A stretch of DNA of 64,000 nucleotides from Macrostomum hystrix (taxonomy: Eukaryota > Animalia > Platyhelminthes), in assembly GCA_950097015.1 (NCBI GenBank), contig CATNEN010000038.1, positions 31,310,001 to 31,374,000 of the forward strand, written 5' to 3'. The number at the start of each line of letters is the position of its first letter. Within the stretch, counting starts at the first letter, position 1. Positions 25,348 through 34,740 of this stretch are shown piece after piece. A model generated the notes under the pieces. It saw only the letters and a list, made by a program, of their open reading frames with translations, ran no database searches and had not been told where the DNA came from. The position numbers and the translations under genes are program-made.

Positions 25348-26396
25348 TCAATGACAATTCGAACCCGGTCATCGACCATCGTCATTCGTCAAAAAGCTAG
25401 CTCATAGGCCTAGGCCTACTCATCATTAATTAGATCTCAAGTCTACTAAAGTCCAACAGTGATTCAGCACTATCAGTTCACAGCACAGCCTACCTACTAC
25501 ACAGACGATCGAGAAAGTAAACAACAACCAACTTTATCAGCTTAAGCGTATCGGCAGTGTGTCTTCGCAGAGTGAGTCAGACGCTAAGCCTAAAGGAGGG
25601 TCAGACAACCAGCCAACCTCTGTGCTCTGCGCCTGTGTCCAATCACGTGACCACTAAACACACCTGGTTAGGAGTATCAACTCTTAATTGCAAGCGCAAC
25701 AACCCCAAAGCTTTAGCCCGCCGAGCGCCACCCCTCTCGTCTGTTGAACTGCGCCTAGCCATTGCAATCGATTGCCTAAGGGTTCTCTCGGCCTGCGCCC
25801 CGCTTGATTTTTGTGGACTAGGCGAGCCAGGCTAGCACTGCAAAGCATTTCCGCCGGGTCGTCACTTACAACATCAGCAATAGCAATCAATTAGCCAAAC
25901 GCCGGCAGCAGTGGCCCTACGCCAGCTGTTCACGACAACAGCTACTACGGCAGCCGGTGCCAGTCTGCAGTTGCAACAGCGGCCAACAACAATCGGTTAG
26001 CATCAGAGCATCGCCTCGCGGGTTGAACGGGCCTGCGACTGAAGGGCACCTGCCATCTGCGAACAAGCCAAGCCAAGCTGAACCGAACCGATCCGAGCCG
26101 AGCGGTGTGCAGCAAGCCTGGTTGAGCTGGACCTTGCCGATTGCCGTGGCGAACTGAGCAGTGTGCCGAAGACAACGGCGGCCGAGATTCGGAACTGGTG
26201 GTTGCAGCTAAGGCTGAGTTCAATTATTTATTATTATTATTATATTAGGATCTATTGTGGCAGTAACTTTAGACTTAGGACCACTATTAGTACTAGACTT
26301 GTTGCTCAATCATTTGTAAACTGCCACATTCTTTCTTGTGTAGGCCTAGCTCGTTCTTCGCTCCTCTTTTTCTAGTTGTGTGTCTGAGTTCTAGTC

Positions 26397-29300
26397 ATGT
26401 CAGGCGTAAATTCAGATACCGACCAAGTCAACCAGTCAGGGGCAGCATTGTCAGGCCAGGGACCAGAGGAGAACATCGGCCATGGGCCTGGGACAGCAGG
26501 AGGTGCTGAGGTGGAGATGGAGGGAGGTGAGCAGCCGGAGCGCGAGACCTCCTTAGGTGACCTCGCCAGAACCCTAGCCCAAATCCGTGACAACACCAGC
26601 ACCAGTTCTAGAATACCGAAATCGAGCCCTCGGCTCAGACCCCCAGTGGCCTACACACCCAAAACCAAATTTGATATCTGGTGGACGCAATTCCGCCTGT
26701 TTCTTGAAGCCAATGAGATCATGCCTGAGCATCGGACAGCAGTGTTGCTTTCATCCCTGTCACCCGAGTGCCAAGAGTTCTTTTACAACTATCGTCTGCA
26801 CGAGAAAAGCTTTGATGAAGCAGTAAAGAGTCTAAGAAGCCGGTATGGCGAGCCAACCCACGTAGATAAATACTATATAGAACTGACCTCAGCCCAACAG
26901 CTGTCATCGGAGAGTATCCAGGAGTATTTTGACCGCCTCATAGGCCTAGCAAATGCCGCGGACATGAGCCGCTCTGAGTACGAGCCCCTAGTAAGGACGC
27001 GATTTTGCTATGGCTTGGCTGACAAAACTATTGCCGAAAAACTTATCAATATGCTGCATGAAGCACCCAGGGCTTCACTGGAGAGACTCCTAGCTAGGGC
27101 TCGAGACACAGATCAAACTAGGCAGCTGCTCAAACTGACTGAGCAACCCAAGGTTAGAAGTGTTGAAGCAGACGAGATCCGAGCCCTGAAGGCGAGAATA
27201 GCAGAACTGGAGAAGAAACAGTCAGGGCCACAACAAAGCACGCAGAAACCTACTAATAGCAACAGTGGTGGCCATAGGCACAACTTTCAATCTCAGAAGT
27301 CCCCCCAGGACTACTCTAGTCATGCCCGAATGAGCGGCGCCCTACCTAAATGCTTCAGGTGTAGTGAGACTGGCCACCTCATTGCCGAATGCCCCTATCC
27401 TAGAGAGCCAGGTACTGGTGCGCCACCCTCGAAGTTCAGGACCCCGCAACCCTTTAGGGAGCCAAAAAGTTTTAAGCCAAATGCGAGTTCGAGGCCACCC
27501 AGAGAGAAGGGAGTAGTGACTCATTGGAAAGACTCTTACGGGTTCATTCAGTCCTCTCAGATAGGCGACTCTGTTTTTGCGCACCTGTCTCAGTTGGTCC
27601 AGCCCCTGTTGGACCTGGCCTTAAGCCACCAGCTAGTGGGTACCAGCGTGACATTCAGCCGTGTCGCCGACGCTGGCAAGTCTAGAGACAAAGCTATTAG
27701 TGTGACAGCTACGTCGACGGACCCTAAGTGTGCTGAAGTGTCTTCAGACCTACCCAGTTACAAGGCAGGATTCTATGTTCAGGTTGAGATTGGCGAGACC
27801 AAGACTGTTGCCCTTCTAGATCCCGGTGCCAATGCCTCCCTGATTTGCCCGAAGATGCGAGACAAGCTCCTAGAAGCTGATCCAATCAATAATGTCTTCA
27901 CCCCTGCTCGCACCCAGCGCACAGCTACTGGTTTCAATGGGGCTAGTTCGCAAATACTAGGCAAGCTCCAGTGCGAAGTGAGTTTAGACAAATTAAAACA
28001 GCAGCACATATTCTTAGTGATTGAAGGCCAGTTATCCGAGATCCTGCTAGGGTTGGACTTCTGTGGTAATTTCCAAATCGTCATGGACATGGCCTGTGAC
28101 CGTGTGACCTGCGCTGGAGAGTACGTCCCAATTTTTCGCGGCACCAATGCGATCTGTAGCGTGAATCGCGTTGTGGCCGCTTGCGATACAGTCCTGCCAC
28201 CCCGCTCAGAAACGCTGATCCCAGCTAGGGCTATAGACGCTGAGAGCAGTTCCTATGGCGTTGTTAGTGCCAGATTATTCGACCCCGACCCGTCTATCAT
28301 AGTCGCCAATTCATTGGACCAGGTCAGCCCCACTAGTCACGTGTTAGTCAGAGTCCTAAACAGCGGCGAAGATGAGGTGAGGATTTCCAAGGGCGAGGAG
28401 GTAGCGTCTTTCAAGAAGCTAGGAGCTGATGAGAGCGTAGTGAGTACCAGACTTAGTGAGAGTGATTTCAGCATTGACAACGAGAGCGCGCTAAATGATA
28501 AGCTGTGCAAGCTGCCCTACCCAGATCCAGGGACAGCCAAGTGGCTCTTAGACCAATTTCACCTGCAGGAGCGTAACCTGACCCAGGAGCAGCTGGATAC
28601 GACAGTAAAAATGCTGAACTATTTTCTTAGCCAGATCTCGAAATCGGAAGCAGACATCGGTAGAACCCCTCTGCATGAACTGTCAATCGAGTTAAAGGAC
28701 CCGAAGTGTCGCCCGATTTCTCAGCCATCGAGGCGAACAACCCCAGCGCAAAAGGAATTTCTGGATAAGTACATCGCCCAGCTCCTAAACCAGGGAGTTG
28801 TTGAAGAGTGCGACTCCGAGTGGGCCTCACCCATTGTGCTTGTGAAAAAGAAGGACGGTACATGGCGCCTTTGCGTAGATTACCGTGCGCTCAACAAGCA
28901 CATAAAGCCGTGCTCTTTCCCGCTGCCCTTAATAGACGAATCTTTCGATAGCTTAGCGGGATCCGCCGTCTTTAGTAGTTTAGATCTGACGAGCGCCTAC
29001 TGGCAGGTAGGGATCCGGGAAGCTGACCGAGACCTCACCGCGTTCTCATGTCCCCAGGGCACCTTTCGTTGGACCGTAGTCCCCTATGGGATCAAGACCG
29101 CGCCTGCAAGTTTCGCCAGGCTGATGCACCGCGTGTTTCGCCCTCTTTTGCTCAGGGTTAGCCTAATTTACCTAGACGATGTCATCATCAAGGCCAAAAA
29201 CAACGACGAGATGATTTCCCATCTGGCGCTAGTTTTCTGGCAGCTTAGAAAAGCGAATCTAAAAATCAGACCCTCGAAGTGTGAGCTCTTCAAGGACAAA

Positions 29301-32300
29301 CTGAAGTTTCTAGGCTTCATAGTTTCCTCAAAAGGGATAGAGGCCGATCCGACCAAAACTGAGGCCGTTCAACAGTGGTGTACACCTAGGGATAAGAAGC
29401 AGCTTCTCTCCTTCCTGGGATTTGCCAATTATTACAGGAAGTTTGTCCCTAGATTCTCCATCATAGCCACGCCTCTGTATGCCCTAGCCAAGAGCTCTGA
29501 GAAATTTGTTTGGCGCCAAGTGCACGAGGCCGCTTTCCAAGAACTAAAGTCCAACCTATGTAATCCACCAGTGCTGAGATACCCAGACCTGAGTCCCACA
29601 GCGGGCACCTTTGTTCTAGACTGCGACAGCTCCCTTGACGGTGTGGGAGCAGTCCTTTCCCAACTAGATGGGAACGACGTAGAACAAGTGATTGCCTACG
29701 CTTCTAAAAAATTCACCAGCGCGCAGCGAAACTATTGCGCCACCATGAGGGAGCTCCTAGGTCTGGTTCTCATGTTAGAGCAGTTCAGGACTTACTTACT
29801 TGACCGGGAGTTCCTAGTGCGAACAGATGCGATTGCTCTGAAGTGGTTACACTCGAAAAAACACGCAACCGGAATGCTCGCCCAATGGTTGGTCACACTA
29901 GAGCCTTACACCTTCAAGGTAGACCAGACTCCACTGGAGAGAATAGCGGAGTACGATTTTAAAATCTCCCACAGAGCTGGGGAATCCCACGTTAATGCGG
30001 ATGTTTTGAGTCGCAACCCGAAGTTCAGAGCAGACCATTTCGACTGCCCAACCTGTAGCCTGATCCCAGAATTTATATCCAAGTTCCAGAAGGAAAAAAA
30101 ACCAGCGCCATCGGATGTTAGTGAGGTCAAAATCAGCCGTATGTGTGTCAGTACTCAGACTCTAGTCACAACTGGCTGTCAGACCACCGAGCTGATATTC
30201 GACTCAGCGATTCAGCTTCAAAATGAGCCGGTTGCAGACTTAGCAGTTCAGACTGACCTCGAACGGGTCCCTGAGATCCCTGAGCCTAATCAAGCTAGCA
30301 AGCGCCCAGTCATCCCAACCTCGTCTGCAGGTACTCAGGTAGACACCAAACCTAAACCGGAAACACCGCCATCAGCCGCAGCACATGCTGTGCAAGTCCA
30401 GGTCTCGGATAGGTCCACGATCGCAGACGAAGTTCTAGACCCAGGCAGTGATAACGAAGATGAGGCGGGGGCTGAACAGAGAGAAAGAGAATGGGCCCGT
30501 AGTGCTCAGGATTCGAACATTGATCTTGTTTTCCTGAGAGATGCTGTAGCTGGAAAGGTAGAGAGGTTGTCTAAGCAGGAGCTCCAAGGTTGCAGTCGTG
30601 AGCTCAGAGCCTTATGGGCTATGTTTGACGAACTGTCTGTTGAGGACGATCTGCTGCTTCGGAACAAGCCAGCCAAGAAAAGGAAGCCCGCTGCCAAGCT
30701 TACGGTCATCCCTGAGTCTGCGAATGTAGATGAACTAGTGACCAACTACCACAGAGCCGTTAATCACTCGGGGATAAAAAAGACTTTAGGAGTGGTAAAA
30801 AAGAACTTTCAAATCTCGAACCTAGAAACTATAGTCAAGGGAGTCGTAGCCAGCTGTGAGATTTGCGCTAGGACTAAGAAATGCAAGCGAAAGAACAAAG
30901 CTCCGATGCAGCCAACTCTAGCCGGGTACCCGAACCAGGTCGTGCATGTAGACCATTGCGGACCGTTCCCTGAACAGGAAGGCTACCGGTATCTGCTTGT
31001 AATGATTGACAGATTCACCGGATTTGTGGAAATTGTCCCTGTGAAAGACGTAACTGCCGAGACAACCGCGGCAGCAATCCTGACAGAGTGGATTGTTCGC
31101 TACGGTGCTATGGAGCAAATGGTCTCGGACAATGGCACAGCATTCATAAATAACATTGTTGCAGAGCTGACCCGCTTGCTAGAGATCGATACCGTTAGAA
31201 TCACTGCTCGCCGCCCCCAGGCCAACGGGAAGGTGGAACGCAACATCCAGACTATTAAGAGTCAAATTCGAGCAGTCTGTGCTGAGAGGCATGTGACTTG
31301 GCCCTTTGCCGCTAGGTGTGTAGGAATGAGCATCCGCTCTCTAGAATCCGAATCGACAGGCATGACACCTGCTAAGCTTTTTCTGGGCCGTGAATTTCAA
31401 ATGCCCCTAGACCTGATGTACAACCCACCAAGGCAAGATTGCTATGACCCGGACAGTTACGCGCACCGACTCCACCGAACTCTTGTCGAAACCTCTGCCA
31501 CCGCACGGGCTGTTAGGAAGAAGGCACAGGCTAGGCAGAAGCGTTACTATGACAGATCGGTTTATAAGTCAAGCTACGAGGTTGGAGAGCTAGTGTGGGT
31601 TCTAAACCCCGACCACAAGGGCCTCGACCCAGCTGTTTGGTTTGGTCCGTACAAGGTTATTCAGAAGGTCTCTGAGAGAAACTATAGGTTGATTCCAGAG
31701 TTTTCGCGAGAGAATCCGTTCAGAGTACCGAATCCTAGTCACAACATCTATAACGTAGACCGGATGAAGAGGTGCATCCGCCAGCCAAACTATCAGGATG
31801 TGGTTGATAGATTTAGATTAGACACTGTAGCAAGGATGCCAAGCTCATCTAAGCTAGGACAAGGAGATCTGGATTCCAGCTCCAGACAGCTGAGCTTTAG
31901 TTCTGACTGGATTTCCGAACCAGACTTGGTCACTGTCCCACCTGCGGGTCAGAAGAGCCGCTCTTTTCCGAGAAGCCAATCGTCATCAATCACACAGCCA
32001 GTCGAACAGCCAATCACACAGCCAGTTCAACAGCCAATCACACAGCCAGTTCAACAGCCAATCACACAGCCAGTTCAACAGCCAATCAAAACACTGCCAG
32101 TGGAACAGCCAAATGCTCAACCAGTCACTAAACCAGAGTCACCACCCGAGGTGCAACCTGAACAAGCACAACAAGCAGTAAACATTGTCAATAATGAACA
32201 GGTGCCAGACATCGGTGCTGAAGTTGAAGTCACAGCAGAGCCAAATCCAGATCCTCAGGCAACAGCAATACCAAATCTGCCACCAGAACCACAACCACAA

Positions 32301-32438
32301 ATAGAACACGAACACGATCAGACAGACCAGGCACAGAGACCAGCTTGCACTGTTACGAGGTCCGGCCGGCAAGTAAGGCCGCCGGTCAGATTCCTTTCCA
32401 CGCTGGTCAATCTGTTCAGGAGAGGTAGCGAGAGCTAA
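26397..32438 (+). CDS. Gag-Pol polyprotein (capsid, CCHC knuckle, cold-shock domain, protease, dUTPase-like spacer, RT, RNase H, integrase)
   Basis: CFRCSETGHLIAEC; LLDPGA; WASPIVLVKKKDG, LDLTSAYWQ, YLDD; DCDSS...RELL; HHCC plus VDHCGP/SDNG/VER; GPY motif. Confidence 0.97.
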   Translation: MSGVNSDTDQVNQSGAALSGQGPEENIGHGPGTAGGAEVEMEGGEQPERETSLGDLARTLAQIRDNTSTSSRIPKSSPRLRPPVAYTPKTKFDIWWTQFRLFLEANEIMPEHRTAVLLSSLSPECQEFFYNYRLHEKSFDEAVKSLRSRYGEPTHVDKYYIELTSAQQLSSESIQEYFDRLIGLANAADMSRSEYEPLVRTRFCYGLADKTIAEKLINMLHEAPRASLERLLARARDTDQTRQLLKLTEQPKVRSVEADEIRALKARIAELEKKQSGPQQSTQKPTNSNSGGHRHNFQSQKSPQDYSSHARMSGALPKCFRCSETGHLIAECPYPREPGTGAPPSKFRTPQPFREPKSFKPNASSRPPREKGVVTHWKDSYGFIQSSQIGDSVFAHLSQLVQPLLDLALSHQLVGTSVTFSRVADAGKSRDKAISVTATSTDPKCAEVSSDLPSYKAGFYVQVEIGETKTVALLDPGANASLICPKMRDKLLEADPINNVFTPARTQRTATGFNGASSQILGKLQCEVSLDKLKQQHIFLVIEGQLSEILLGLDFCGNFQIVMDMACDRVTCAGEYVPIFRGTNAICSVNRVVAACDTVLPPRSETLIPARAIDAESSSYGVVSARLFDPDPSIIVANSLDQVSPTSHVLVRVLNSGEDEVRISKGEEVASFKKLGADESVVSTRLSESDFSIDNESALNDKLCKLPYPDPGTAKWLLDQFHLQERNLTQEQLDTTVKMLNYFLSQISKSEADIGRTPLHELSIELKDPKCRPISQPSRRTTPAQKEFLDKYIAQLLNQGVVEECDSEWASPIVLVKKKDGTWRLCVDYRALNKHIKPCSFPLPLIDESFDSLAGSAVFSSLDLTSAYWQVGIREADRDLTAFSCPQGTFRWTVVPYGIKTAPASFARLMHRVFRPLLLRVSLIYLDDVIIKAKNNDEMISHLALVFWQLRKANLKIRPSKCELFKDKLKFLGFIVSSKGIEADPTKTEAVQQWCTPRDKKQLLSFLGFANYYRKFVPRFSIIATPLYALAKSSEKFVWRQVHEAAFQELKSNLCNPPVLRYPDLSPTAGTFVLDCDSSLDGVGAVLSQLDGNDVEQVIAYASKKFTSAQRNYCATMRELLGLVLMLEQFRTYLLDREFLVRTDAIALKWLHSKKHATGMLAQWLVTLEPYTFKVDQTPLERIAEYDFKISHRAGESHVNADVLSRNPKFRADHFDCPTCSLIPEFISKFQKEKKPAPSDVSEVKISRMCVSTQTLVTTGCQTTELIFDSAIQLQNEPVADLAVQTDLERVPEIPEPNQASKRPVIPTSSAGTQVDTKPKPETPPSAAAHAVQVQVSDRSTIADEVLDPGSDNEDEAGAEQREREWARSAQDSNIDLVFLRDAVAGKVERLSKQELQGCSRELRALWAMFDELSVEDDLLLRNKPAKKRKPAAKLTVIPESANVDELVTNYHRAVNHSGIKKTLGVVKKNFQISNLETIVKGVVASCEICARTKKCKRKNKAPMQPTLAGYPNQVVHVDHCGPFPEQEGYRYLLVMIDRFTGFVEIVPVKDVTAETTAAAILTEWIVRYGAMEQMVSDNGTAFINNIVAELTRLLEIDTVRITARRPQANGKVERNIQTIKSQIRAVCAERHVTWPFAARCVGMSIRSLESESTGMTPAKLFLGREFQMPLDLMYNPPRQDCYDPDSYAHRLHRTLVETSATARAVRKKAQARQKRYYDRSVYKSSYEVGELVWVLNPDHKGLDPAVWFGPYKVIQKVSERNYRLIPEFSRENPFRVPNPSHNIYNVDRMKRCIRQPNYQDVVDRFRLDTVARMPSSSKLGQGDLDSSSRQLSFSSDWISEPDLVTVPPAGQKSRSFPRSQSSSITQPVEQPITQPVQQPITQPVQQPITQPVQQPIKTLPVEQPNAQPVTKPESPPEVQPEQAQQAVNIVNNEQVPDIGAEVEVTAEPNPDPQATAIPNLPPEPQPQIEHEHDQTDQAQRPACTVTRSGRQVRPPVRFLSTLVNLFRRGSES

Positions 32439-33115
32439 GGTGTAGTCGTGTCGTATGCTGCCTGTGTTCTGTGTGCCTGTTAGCTTTTCTTTAATAGCTT
32501 TCGCCAATCTTTTCATTTTGTCATTAGTTTAGTATCTCTGCGGTCGAGCCTTGAATCTTCGGATTAGGTTTTGGCCATAGAGTAGGCTTTTGTCGTAGTC
32601 ATTGTTTGTAGCCTGTAGTTAGGAGCTTAGCTTGGCTGCAGCCGCTGGGGCTGTAGTCGAGGCCGTCCAGGTTTTCGCTCCGCCGCCGATTCGCCGAAAT
32701 TTTCGCCAGTCCTAGACAATTCTCGTGTTTGTCTATTTGTCAGTTTTGTTTAAAAAAAATAAAAAAACATTGCATTTTCTAAAACAAAAATATTTTCAAT
32801 TCCTTTTATTGCCTCTGCGGTTTGATGACGTTGTTCAATTTGCCAATATCTTGCTGAATTTTGCCTTTGGTTTTTGTTCGAATTTTGCCATTCGTCGTTC
32901 AGTTTTGCCACTCGATATTCCGTTTTTGCCGTTCGTCTTTGAAATTTAATGCCTGTTTTTGTCACTTGAAACTGCCATTGTTAACCTCATTTGCAAAATA
33001 TTTCTAGACAGCTATTCTAATAACTCTAATAACGTAGCAACAATTTTGAAATCGTTTTTTTCGCTAGCCATTTCGATGTTCGTAGCCACTACTGTTAGTA
33101 GGCCATTAAGCTTCT

Positions 33116-33129
33116 GAGAGGGAGGCGAG
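33116..33129 (+). promoter_or_regulatory. Polypurine tract
   Basis: GAGAGGGAGGCGAG directly before the 3' LTR. Confidence 0.85.
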
Positions 33130-33584
33130 TGTGACGTTGTCTCTCTAATTTAATGTAATTTTAATATGCTATTTCTAATTAAGTGCATTATTTTCGTTAG
33201 CTATATTTGTTAGGGATATTTCTTCGGTTTTCCATATATATTTATAATGGTTTTGTTTTAGTGTACTACATAGTCGTAGTTCGTATTCAAATGTGCTAAT
33301 TAGGCCTTTCCAGGAAGGCTCCCAACCCTGCCCCCGGGCTTGTTCTACGACTGAGTGCTGGTTGTTATTTTGTCAGTGGCTAATCTGAACTGTAGCCGTA
33401 GCTGTATTTCAAGTGAATCCATTGAGTAGCTCTGTAACCCATCTAAGATATAGCCAGCATTCGCCGTAAAGACGATTTCTTAATTCGAAGGCCCAATTTA
33501 CTGCATGAGAGTGCTTTCCGCTACGAAGGTTTTGTAACGATCGATAATTTACCTTGCTATTAAAATAAACCGAACTTCGTCATA
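33130..33584 (+). repeat. 3' LTR (455 bp; SL-like 44-mer at 33464-33507)
   Basis: Direct repeat of the 5' LTR, followed by TSD AACT. Confidence 0.95.
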
Positions 33585-34740
33585 AACTTATGGCTTGCAA
33601 AAATGTATTTAGAATTGTGACAAGATTAAAACAAATCGAAACGCAAATGCAAGCACCTTAAAGTAGTTTAAAAGGGTTCACAATATATCCCTACAACATA
33701 ATTTATAAATTTTATAAATTTAGATCGTAGGATGTGTCCAAAAAAAACTTTTTGAATCGTTGGGCTTTCATGCCGCTTCAAAAATATAAAGATACTAATG
33801 TAAGGTTAATCATTTATTAGTCCACGCACCACTTTAATGTGTTTTCTGATATTATACTATTTCGAATTAGTTGCAGCAATAATGATTCGGCACGCACACT
33901 TGACTGCACTTGGGTCAATGTCTTGACTTAGCTGTACATCTTGTTTGTAAGCCAAGGTGGCAGAGGTGCCAACTTTTTAAAGTGTAACTTTGAGAGTTTT
34001 AATCGGATAACACTAATTTTTTATGAACGTATTTATGAGTGTATACAAGGTACTGATAAATTTAATTATACATTGACTAGCCTTACTTTCAAGAATCCAT
34101 TGTACCTGAATTTGTTAAGATTTTTATTTGCAACGTTTAAAACGAAAATACCAATAAATGATTTTTTGGTAACCAGTAACATTTACACAGAGTATTCATT
34201 AAATTAAAATTATAAATTGCTGAACAACACTGCTGCATTGAAAAATTCTCATCGAAATTGTAAATGAAAAAATAGAATGCAAAAAACAACCGCGATTTCA
34301 TCGGGATTCGAAAGGTAGTAAAAAACTGTTTTTGTGTGATCAAGCATCTTTCCTTTATATTTTAACATTCGAATTGCAGCTCATTGCTTTAATCCAATTA
34401 ATAGTTTTAACCTAAAGATTGCTTCCTAACCAAGTTAGATTAGGCAGAAAAGAGATGGAAACTACTACACGACATAAAACACCAGTTTGTAAATTTTGAA
34501 TCAGTTGTTTAAAACAATGACCAGTCGAGTTTTTAAGTCTTCTAATTTAAGCCCTCCAAGGTAAATTGCCCTAGGTTGGCGCAAAATCCAAAAAATAACG
34601 AAAACAACAAACCAACGATCCTACAAATGCTGCTAGTAAACAGATCCTAATGAACAAGAACATATGCTACACATGAACCCGATTGTTCTTCTCTTTCAAT
34701 TTCTAAATTTTAAAAGATTAGAAAAAAAAATAAACGCGAC

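Larger units (their letters stand above)
24872..33584 (+). mobile_element. Full-length Ty3/Gypsy LTR retrotransposon
   Basis: Near-identical LTRs at 24872-25327 and 33130-33584, 4-bp TSD AACT, PBS, PPT, and a single intact gag-pol ORF in PR-RT-RH-IN order. Confidence 0.97.
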
